Source of the DNA: Trichodesmium erythraeum IMS101 | GTDB taxonomy: Bacteria; Cyanobacteriota; Cyanobacteriia; Cyanobacteriales; Microcoleaceae | Direction: 5' to 3' | Assembly: GCF_000014265.1 (NCBI RefSeq) | Contig: NC_008312.1 | Location: 1,560,001 to 1,592,000 of the forward strand | Length of the DNA: 32,000 nt | Shown: piece by piece, positions 19,082 through 27,406 of the stretch | Layout of the letters: every line of letters begins with the position of its first letter | Position numbering within the stretch: the first letter of the stretch is position 1 | Notes under the pieces: model-generated | What the model was told of the DNA's origin: nothing | The model's input: the letters and a program-made list of their open reading frames with translations, nothing else | Databases searched by the model: none | Translations under genes and position numbers: made by a program

Positions 19082-20158
19082 ATGCGTAAACTTTTATTAA
19101 CAGCAATATTAAGTATATTCTCTCTATGGACAAGTGGATGCGAATCTCTTCCCTTTTTTAACAATAGAGAGACTTCTACCGTGAATACTCCTGAGGCTTC
19201 TCAAACTCCAAAGTTAGAACCTTCAGAATCTCCATCTCCAACACCTACTAATAAAGTATTTCCATCTCCAGATATTCCCCAAAAGTCAAAAACGGCAACA
19301 AATTTAACAAGATCTACAGACCCGAATGAAAGAAGTAAATCCTTAAAACAAGAAACTCAAATTTCAGATCCCTTCTCTGATTTACCAACTATCCCAGTGC
19401 CATCTCAAGACTCAGTACCTGGTGTTCCACGACTTCCTAAAGTAGATAGTCAACAAGTACCAGATCTTCCCACACTACCAAATATTGAATTATTCTCCTC
19501 TGGGAGACAAACACAGAGAAATCAACCGATAACACAGGGTCAAGATCCAACTGAAGTTGCTCAAGCACCAAATTTACAACAGCCATCTCAAACCAGAAGA
19601 ACTATACCAGGAAATCAAAACCTAGGTTCCCCAAAACCTTCCTCTCAACCAAATATAACCACACCAGCTAGTTCACAACAGTTACCAAGTTTACCTGAAT
19701 TGCCCTTACAACCAACCCCACCTGCTCAGTGGAGAGGTCCTGGTGTTCTACCTAAGCCCTTAAAGCTACCAAGCTCATCTACTAAACAATTACCAAGTTT
19801 ACCTGAATTACCCCAACCAAGTCCACCTGCTCAGTGGAGAGGTCCTGGTTTTCCACCTCCACCACCACCTCCACCACCACCACCACCTCCTCCTCCACCT
19901 CCTCCAGATACTACTATTGCTGATGGCATAGAAGTTAGCGGGGTTGTGCAAGTAGGAAGTCAAAAACAGATTATTGTTAAAGTTCCTAGGGAAGCTACAA
20001 GTAGATATGTAACAGTTGGACAAAGGTTGGCTAATGGACAGGTATTGGTCAAGAGAGTTGACTTGAAGATGGGTGCTGACCCAATTGTTGTTTTTGAGCA
20101 AAGTGGTGTAGAAGTTTTCAAAGAGGTAGGAAGTAAGCCGACAACTACTGAAGGTTAA
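19082..20158 (+). CDS. Proline-rich probable lipoprotein with a small C-terminal beta-rich domain (PilP-like architecture, function unknown)
   Basis: Signal peptide with a lipobox-like SLWTSGC. A P/S/Q/T-rich region of about 260 aa contains a duplicated module and 18 consecutive Pro. The C-terminal ~75 aa read IEVSGVVQVGSQKQIIVKVP...GQRLANGQVLVKRVDL...IVVFEQSGVEV. The tracked start at 19076 is TTG, so ATG 19082 (MRKLLL) is preferred. Confidence 0.75.
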   Translation: MRKLLLTAILSIFSLWTSGCESLPFFNNRETSTVNTPEASQTPKLEPSESPSPTPTNKVFPSPDIPQKSKTATNLTRSTDPNERSKSLKQETQISDPFSDLPTIPVPSQDSVPGVPRLPKVDSQQVPDLPTLPNIELFSSGRQTQRNQPITQGQDPTEVAQAPNLQQPSQTRRTIPGNQNLGSPKPSSQPNITTPASSQQLPSLPELPLQPTPPAQWRGPGVLPKPLKLPSSSTKQLPSLPELPQPSPPAQWRGPGFPPPPPPPPPPPPPPPPPPDTTIADGIEVSGVVQVGSQKQIIVKVPREATSRYVTVGQRLANGQVLVKRVDLKMGADPIVVFEQSGVEVFKEVGSKPTTTEG

Positions 20159-20467
20159 ATGAAATGATTTATAAAAAATGCTAGAATTTATAAGAGTGTA
20201 CCAAAATCCTTTGTGTTGCCCTGATGCATATTTCCTATCCTCTAAAAAGCACAGATATTTGTTAAGCAATTAAAACAAACAAGATTGCTGCTATATATAT
20301 TAAGCAATCTTGATATTGACTAAGAAATAAATTCAAAAGTTTCTTCATTGAAAGAGGATAAAAAAGGAAATTTTAGATTTTAAGCCTCTTCTTTAAAGGG
20401 GGTAAAAAAAAAAGAAAATTTCAGATTTCAAGCCTATTTCTGGAGTTAATTATTAACTGATAGAGTG

Positions 20468-20489
20468 ATAACTGATAAGGTGATAACTG
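20468..20489. repeat. Heptamer repeat ATAACTG (ATAAGGTG) ATAACTG immediately upstream of the MORN gene ATG
   Basis: Read directly: gtgATAACTGataaggtgATAACTGaa-ATG, with the ATG at 20492. Confidence 0.75.
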
Positions 20490-20491
20490 AA

Positions 20492-21229
20492 ATGACTATG
20501 CTGCTATCAATCAAAGAACTAAGAAAGATAATATTAACAGGTTCTTGCCTAGGATACATAATTATAATGTGGGATCCTCAGCCTTTAATGGGACAAGAAC
20601 AAAGAGAAACACCTATTTGTACGGGTAACCCTCCCACAGGCAAAGTTAAGTGTAATTACCCCGGAGGAGATAATTATGATGGGGATTTTGTAAATGGAAG
20701 GCCAGAAGGAAGGGGTATATATGTCTATGCTAATCGCGATCGCTACGAAGGACAGTTTCGTGATGGTCGTCCTAATGGACAAGGTACTTTTATATTCTCC
20801 AATGATGCTAGAGTGACAGGAGTCTTCCAAAATGGACAAATTAGGTCTGGGACAATTATTTTTGAGAATGGCGATCGCTTTGTGGGAGAATTTAACTTAG
20901 TAAGAAATATCTCTAGTGGTGTTACTAGTAGTCAGCCTGTAGGTCAAGGGGAATTTATTTATGCCAATGGCGATCGCTATCAGGGAGAATTCTTTGCCGG
21001 ATCTGCTTTTGGCCCAGGAGTGTTTACTCGTGCTAATGGAATGCGGTGTCAAGGAAATTTTTATAACGATGCACTAGATGGCAAAGGTAGTTGTATATAT
21101 CCTGATGGAATTCGCTATGAAGGAGAACTAAGAGGTGGAATACCTCATGGGGTAGGAAGTATTATAGATAGTAAAGGAAAGCGATTTCCTGGAGTATTTC
21201 GTAATGGTCAAAGACAGGAAGAAACATAG
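20492..21229 (+). CDS. MORN-repeat protein with an N-terminal hydrophobic segment
   Basis: Repeated Y.G.f..G...G.G units: YDGDFVNGRPEGRGIYVY, YEGQFRDGRPNGQGTF, FVGEF, YQGEFFAGSAFGPGVF, YEGELRGGIPHGVGS. The tracked ORF starts at GTG 20465 inside the heptamer repeat, so ATG 20492 is preferred. Confidence 0.8.
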   Translation: MTMLLSIKELRKIILTGSCLGYIIIMWDPQPLMGQEQRETPICTGNPPTGKVKCNYPGGDNYDGDFVNGRPEGRGIYVYANRDRYEGQFRDGRPNGQGTFIFSNDARVTGVFQNGQIRSGTIIFENGDRFVGEFNLVRNISSGVTSSQPVGQGEFIYANGDRYQGEFFAGSAFGPGVFTRANGMRCQGNFYNDALDGKGSCIYPDGIRYEGELRGGIPHGVGSIIDSKGKRFPGVFRNGQRQEET

Positions 21230-21743
21230 TAATTAATATTACTAAATAAAAAAATTAAAGTATAAACAATTTGATTGTAGTTCAAGATAACTAAATCAAA
21301 GGTTAATATAAATTTTTAAAGTTAACATTAAAGATTAAATATAAGTAGGTAAACGTGAAAAAAACAATTTAGCTTAAGTTTATGAATTGGTATTATTACA
21401 GTGGTTTTCATTTGAACAAACCACAATTATATAAAAAATCCACAGCATCATCTTCAGTAATTTGAGTGATATGGCTGCTGCACTTACTCCGCCAAGGCTA
21501 AGTTAATAACTCGCTCTAATTGTTCTAAGGTTTTATCTCTATAAGAACCCAGGAATTTTTTTGATTTTGAACAGCATAGTTCTATAGGTAACTCTCTCTA
21601 GAGAATAAGTTGGTAAAAATATTAATTTAGTAAAATCTAAATTAGTTAATTGCAATAAAACTTAAAAAAAAATCAGACAAAAAAGAGATACGATAATATC
21701 ATAATTTTACTATACTCTAGTTTAAGAGTTTAAGGAAAAAATC

Positions 21744-21953
21744 ATGGTTAAACGTGGTTCTAAAGTTCGGATTTTACGCAAAGAATCCTACTGGTATCAG
21801 GATGTTGGTACAGTTGCTTCTGTTGACAAAAGTGGCATTAAGTATCCAGTTATTGTTCGCTTTGATAAAGTAAATTACGCTGGTTCCAGTGGTAGTCCAA
21901 CTGGGGTTAATACTAATAACTTTGCTATAGATGAAGTTGTAGAGATTAGTTAA
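21744..21953 (+). CDS. psaE: Photosystem I reaction centre subunit IV
   Basis: 69 aa, [45 protein letters not shown]...[12 protein letters not shown]. This is the unmistakable PsaE sequence. Confidence 0.95.
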   Translation: MVKRGSKVRILRKESYWYQDVGTVASVDKSGIKYPVIVRFDKVNYAGSSGSPTGVNTNNFAIDEVVEIS

Positions 21954-23041
21954 CTATTGTTGAAGATTTAATATTTATTCACATAAGTTTATATATATTG
22001 ATCTAGTTATACTGAATCAAGTTATATAGATTTTGGTAAAATCTGACAAATAGAGTAGTTTGTGGTGTCAAACCAGGCTACCGTCTAAGCAAATTCCTAA
22101 TCAGTTACCTTTAGATATTTCTAGTAATTGAAACTTCTGTGAGTCCCGAGCCACCAAGACGACGGAAGTTCTTAAAAGCGTCTACAGGTTTTCTGTAGAC
22201 ATTGATAGATACCCCTCAGCCAATTAATCTTGCTGTACATTGTTAACAATTGTTAGCACTCATAATATTGGTATGAATTTTTGTTAGCATTTTCTGCGAA
22301 GTACTGCGAGAATAGTGGTCGGGTATCATTTCCATTTCTTTTAAAGTAGGAATTAGGAGCTTTGTCATTTCAAAACATTAAAAGTATGAGTAGCATTTAG
22401 CTAACTAACTGCTTACTTCTAAATTAAATTAGACAACTGACATACTCCCCGGCGTAAAAGCACGGGGACGATAAACCTCAATAATAATTCTGGCTTCAAT
22501 GACAGAAGTTACTTAATCTATTTACTGAGCATTAGCATGGGTTTTTGTCTTCCCAAGAATTTCCCATAAGTCTAATGCTTCCATCTGTCCTATACTATTT
22601 TTATACTATTCAAGACTAACTATCTAGCCCTCCACGACTCAAGATGTTGTATTTATAGTTTTGAGGATATTAATTATAGCTTTTAAAATTATTATTTTTG
22701 ATTTTGTCATATTCTATGGTATAATTAGACTAGAGTTTAATATATTAGTATTTTTCACGTCAATTTCAATCAGTTTTGTAGGGTTAATCTATAATCTAAA
22801 TTTTTAGTTACTTTGGAAGTAAGCTTAATTTTTGTGAATCTATTGTGCTATAGTTTAGAATTAGTATAGATTTATTTCTTACAAGATATGGACTAGGTTA
22901 AAAACTACGGCATATAATCTAAAGAGTCCAGAATAATTTGTTACAGAAATAGAAAATTTGGCCATTGAAGAAGAGGCTCAGTTGGTGCCTTCAGATGGGG
23001 TGTCTATATAATAATAAATACTGTGAGAAATATTTAGTACT

Positions 23042-23944
23042 GTGCCAGAACTGCCGGAAGTTGAAATAGTAAAACAAGGTTTAAATCAACTGACTCTCAA
23101 TAAAAGAATATTGGGTGGGGAAGTACTATTAGAACGTACGCTTGCTTACCCAATTTCTGTAGCTGATTTTTTGAGAGGGTTGGAAGGAAAAGCGATCGCC
23201 CAATGGCATCGACAAGGTAAATATTTACTTGCCCAACTTTATAAATGGGGCAAAAAAAACTCAAAACTTCAAGAATACGAAAATGAAGATGGTTGGTTAG
23301 GAGTACATCTACGAATGACAGGCCAACTCTTATGGGTAAACCCAGAAGAGAGTCTGCACAAACACACACGAGTAAGATTATTTTTTGGTCATAACTCTTC
23401 AGGAGATAAAGATAGCTCTAATTATGAATTGAGATTTGTAGATCAACGCACTTTTGGCAAGATGTGGGGAGTACCACCAGGAAAAGAAATATCTAAAGTT
23501 ATAACTGGTTTGCAACAACTGGGTCTTGAACCATTTTCTCCAGAATTTTCTCCAAAATACCTTAATAAAAAACTTTACAAAAGACATCGACCAATTAAAA
23601 CAGCTCTTTTAGACCAGACAACCATTGCCGGGTTAGGTAATATTTATGCTGATGAAGCTCTATTTCTCAGTGGTATTAGACCAACAACTATATGTAAAGA
23701 TTTGACAGAAAAACAAATAGAACAATTACACCTAGCCATACTTAAAGTTTTACAAACTGCTATAAATGCAGGTGGTACAACTTTCAGCAACTTTCTTAAT
23801 GTAAAGGGAGTTAATGGTAATTATGGAGGTGTAGCTTGGGTTTATAGTCGTGCTGGTCAACCATGTCGAATTTGTAATACACCTTTAGAAAAAATTAAAC
23901 TAGCGGGACGGTCTACTCATTTTTGTCCTCAATGTCAAAAATAA
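23042..23944 (+). CDS. mutM: Formamidopyrimidine-DNA glycosylase (Fpg/MutM)
   Basis: A GTG start gives (M)PELPEVE with the catalytic Pro2. The motifs LDQ..IAGLGNIYADEALF and a C-terminal zinc finger CRICNTP...HFCPQCQK are present. Confidence 0.9.
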   Translation: MPELPEVEIVKQGLNQLTLNKRILGGEVLLERTLAYPISVADFLRGLEGKAIAQWHRQGKYLLAQLYKWGKKNSKLQEYENEDGWLGVHLRMTGQLLWVNPEESLHKHTRVRLFFGHNSSGDKDSSNYELRFVDQRTFGKMWGVPPGKEISKVITGLQQLGLEPFSPEFSPKYLNKKLYKRHRPIKTALLDQTTIAGLGNIYADEALFLSGIRPTTICKDLTEKQIEQLHLAILKVLQTAINAGGTTFSNFLNVKGVNGNYGGVAWVYSRAGQPCRICNTPLEKIKLAGRSTHFCPQCQK

Positions 23945-24566
23945 TAGGGAGTGAGGAAGATGAGAAGATGGGGATATTAAGACTAAACGACCAGTCCTAA
24001 ACAAAAAATTGATGCACTAGGCTAGGGTCAGACTAGGGTCAAGTTTCGTCCCGGCGATAATAAATTGTAGTAGCAAAAAAAATGTCAACTAACCTTTAAG
24101 CTTCAGATCCTAAAAAACTTCTGTCCCTAAATAGTTCAGTCTATAAAAATATAAATATCCTTTAATTTTACCACATTAATCACCACTACTACTGTAGCAA
24201 TGCAATCAGAACACGGGCAATAGGGAACTTGAGAGTTAAATAAAAAAATAAACTATATTTATTTAAAATTATACATATATAGCGATATTGTAGCAGTATG
24301 GGTAGTTTATAATATTATGTGAATAAGTAGCTTGGGTTTCTTTGCTATTTGAAGCTTGCTCCTGAAGATAATTTATAGACTGCGGTCAGTGGGATAAGGG
24401 TGAAACACCGAAGCTAACTCTCAAGCTGATAAGATTCCTGATCCATGTAAGTTTGGATAAGTTTAATAAAATGGGAAAAGATAGAATAAGTAAAGATCAA
24501 AAAAGATCAATTTATAATTTCCCTATTAGAATTTAATGTAGAAAAGACAACAAATGGAAATCATAT

Positions 24567-24785
24567 ATGGCAGAGATTAAAAAAGGTAGTTTAGTTCGTG
24601 TTGTGCGAGAAAAACTAGAGAATAGCTTAGAAGCGAAAGCAAGTGACAATAGGTTTCCTGCTTACATATTTGAGAGTCAGGGAGAAATTGTTGATACTAG
24701 GGGAGATTACGCTTTTATCAAATTCGGCAAAGTACCGACTCCGAATATTTGGTTGCGACTAGACCAGTTAGAAAAATTTGAGTAA
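24567..24785 (+). CDS. ndhO: NAD(P)H-quinone oxidoreductase (NDH-1) subunit O
   Basis: 72 aa, [63 protein letters not shown]. This matches cyanobacterial NdhO. Confidence 0.85.
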   Translation: MAEIKKGSLVRVVREKLENSLEAKASDNRFPAYIFESQGEIVDTRGDYAFIKFGKVPTPNIWLRLDQLEKFE

Positions 24786-24817
24786 AATTTTCTATAAACT
24801 TTAATAATATGTCAAAG

Positions 24818-24873
24818 GCAGGAGTCTTTCTTTCAATAAAGAACTTAAACAGGAGACTCCTGCTAAGTTTTTT
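24818..24873 (+). terminator. Probable terminator of ndhO
   Basis: A 10-bp GC-containing stem pairs gcaggagtct (24818..24827) with agactcctgc (24854..24863). It is followed by taagTTTTTT. The loop is long (26 nt). Confidence 0.55.
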
Positions 24874-25050
24874 CACTATGGGAATACCTCCGAAACCAAA
24901 TTATGGGAATGGTAGATATAGCAGGACGAAAGTCAAAAGTTGCTAAGTCAGAATTCAGAAGTAATTTATGAGGGAGTTTTAATATTTTCAATGTTTAACG
25001 CTATACTCCGGCTACTATATATATTTTGGGCATTTCTGATTAGTAATGAT

Positions 25051-25643
25051 CTATGGTAAGGTGGGAAGAGTATAAAATTTTAGATAGTACAGCAGAAGAC
25101 GAATAGAATATTTGAGCATCTCAAGGGGTTTAGAAAAGTAAGCTATATAATATATAGGGCGTTTGCGTAAGTCCTGAAATATTCTAAAGTTTCGCTGCTG
25201 CGTTTTGTGTAGGGATATAAAACGCGGAAAGGTTGCGTCAGTAAATTGTCTAGGACTAACAACAAGGTTCCTAACTTCTAATGATTGACTACTGTCCAAA
25301 TCTTAGCTTTGTGTTTCTTGTGGCCTTAAAAAGGCTGTAACTGATCAATTTCATTAATTTCAGGTATCTCTTGCTCTTTGGGAACATCTGGTAATTTTAG
25401 ATCTGCATGTTTAATCTATTTGATTATGGTTGCATGATAAACTTCTGTTACTTTTTGGATAGCTCATCAACCCATGCAATTGAGATAAATCTTTAGATAT
25501 AGTTCTTGAATCTGTGGTCAATAGGGTTTACTCTTAGATAATTCAAGGAATTGATGACCAAAGATTCGACATGGGAAATACTTTTGGCCACATATTCGTA
25601 GATTTTTCTTGGTTTGGGTGGAGTTACATTTCTCGAATTTCAT
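25051..25643 (-). pseudogene. IS1-family transposase remnant
   Basis: The minus-strand reading from ATG 25643 gives MKFEKCNSTQTKKNLRICGQKYFPCRIFGHQF..PY*..ELYLKIYLNCMG**AIQKVTEVYHATIIK*IK...EINEIDQLQPF...*...KPLEMLKYSIRLLLYYLKF. The zinc-finger, HTH and C-terminal blocks typical of cyanobacterial IS1-family transposases are present. They are interrupted by at least five stops, and the central catalytic part is shortened. Confidence 0.7.
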
Positions 25644-25963
25644 GTTTTGAATTCTACAAAATTTATCATTACTTTTCAGCAACGCCCGAAAAAAAACTAA
25701 TTATAGTATTGAAAATTTCATTTTAACATTACGCTATATGTACTGTGTTTGGGTAAGTCCTGATAATAATATTGTTAGTATGACAATATACGGAGAACTA
25801 TAACTACCACCAAAATTCAACGCCAGATTAAACCTAGTAATAGAATTCTGTTCCTGTTTGCTATCGCCATACCTTACTCTATTGCGCATAGCCAAAATAA
25901 TATTGTCAACTGTAAAAATTCCTACTCTTCTAAGCAAACCAAACTACTCTAACTATTTATACT

Positions 25964-26881
25964 ATGACCACACTTTCCTCTATTACAGTTAGCGTTCCTG
26001 CAACTACTGCTAATTTAGGCCCCGGTTTTGACTGCCTCGGTGCTGCTATTTCCTTATATAACCGCTTCAAGTTCTCTATTGCGGATAGCGCAATAGAAGT
26101 AAAAATCACTGTTACAGGCAAAGAAGCTCCAAAAGTCAGCACAGATAGAAACAATCTTGCCTATCAAGCATTTGTAAAGTTATATGAATATATCAATCAA
26201 ACTCCCCCATGTGTACTAGTAGAAATTGATTTGGGTGTACCATTGGCCAGAGGATTAGGAAGTTCGGCTACCGCAATAGTCGGAGGTTTGCTAGGGGCAA
26301 ATCAACTAGCAGGTAGTCCTTTAAGTCAAACTGAAGTGATGAATCTAGCGATCGCTATTGAAGGACACCCAGATAATGTTGTACCTGCCTTACTTGGTGG
26401 CTGTCGTTTAACTGCCTCTACCTCCAAAGGTTGGGTTGTATGCGACATTCCCTGGCATCCTGATATTGTGCCAGTAGTAGCAATTCCAGATTTTGAGCTT
26501 TCAACAACAGAAGCGCGACGAGTTATACCAACAGAATACATTCGTTCTGATGCTATATTTAATTGTGCTCATCTGGGAATTTTGTTAAGAGGCTTAGAAA
26601 CTGGTTATGGAGAATGGTTACAAGCGGGAATGCAAGATAAAATTCACCAACCATACCGTAAATCTCTAATTAAAGGATATGAATATGTGCGTTCTGCTGC
26701 TTTAAATGCTGGTGCCTATGAAATGGTCATTAGTGGTGCAGGTCCGACTTTATTAGCGTTAACAAACTCACTCACAAGTTCAAAAGTAATAGCAGCAATG
26801 ACTGGTGCTTGGGAAAACCAAGGAGTAGTTACACAAGTACAAGCTTTAGAAATTAATACTAGAGGTGCAGTTTTTAGTTAG
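25964..26881 (+). CDS. thrB: Homoserine kinase
   Basis: 305 aa. VPATTANLGPGFDCLG and the GHMP-kinase motif PLARGLGSSATAIV are present, at the typical ThrB length. Confidence 0.9.
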   Translation: MTTLSSITVSVPATTANLGPGFDCLGAAISLYNRFKFSIADSAIEVKITVTGKEAPKVSTDRNNLAYQAFVKLYEYINQTPPCVLVEIDLGVPLARGLGSSATAIVGGLLGANQLAGSPLSQTEVMNLAIAIEGHPDNVVPALLGGCRLTASTSKGWVVCDIPWHPDIVPVVAIPDFELSTTEARRVIPTEYIRSDAIFNCAHLGILLRGLETGYGEWLQAGMQDKIHQPYRKSLIKGYEYVRSAALNAGAYEMVISGAGPTLLALTNSLTSSKVIAAMTGAWENQGVVTQVQALEINTRGAVFS

Positions 26882-27406
26882 GATAATTCTTAAATCTAAT
26901 ATAGCTAAAATTTTGACAATAGGGAATTAGAAGAGAGGTAAACTTAATTCCTTATATATGTTTTCGCTTACTTTCTAATTTTATTGGTAGGAGAAAATAA
27001 TTACTTGATTTTGAGATTTTTATGGTTTTATGTACTGATACTCATATATAGTAATATTTGTAATTTTGCTACTTAAGATGGATTTAAATTTAGTTTCATA
27101 AAGTCTTGATAAAAAACCTAATATATTCATTTTTATTAATTTTTATTTGCCATTACTAACTCTTTTTTAGAGTATTTTTAGCTATTGCAAAAGTTTTTTT
27201 AATTAATAACTAATAAACCAAAAGTAAGGTTTGTTGGGAGGGCCCTGCACTACTAATAACAGAACCCTCTGCGAAAACACTATAACCGTTCTATTCTCAA
27301 TAAGTATTTTCTTTAAGTTGAAGTATTTTTCAGTTTATTTGGTAAATAATATTTTATATATAGCTTTCAGCTAGCTTGCCACCCCCTGAGTCTAAAAGAA
27401 CAAACA

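Noticed and set aside
19808-20269. Tracked 153-aa minus-strand ORF with a RRWRRRWWWWWRWWWRW tract
   Set aside because: It is a mirror-image artefact of the CCA/CCT polyproline run and proline-rich coding sequence on the plus strand.
23042-23944. Two small hydrophilic inserts in MutM relative to E. coli Fpg (YKWGKKNSKLQEYENED and HNSSGDKDSSN)
   Set aside because: Cyanobacterial Fpg proteins are generally longer than the E. coli enzyme in these loops. Without an alignment I cannot say the inserts are unusual. They are noted only as possibly related to the low-complexity insert in the oxoprolinase.
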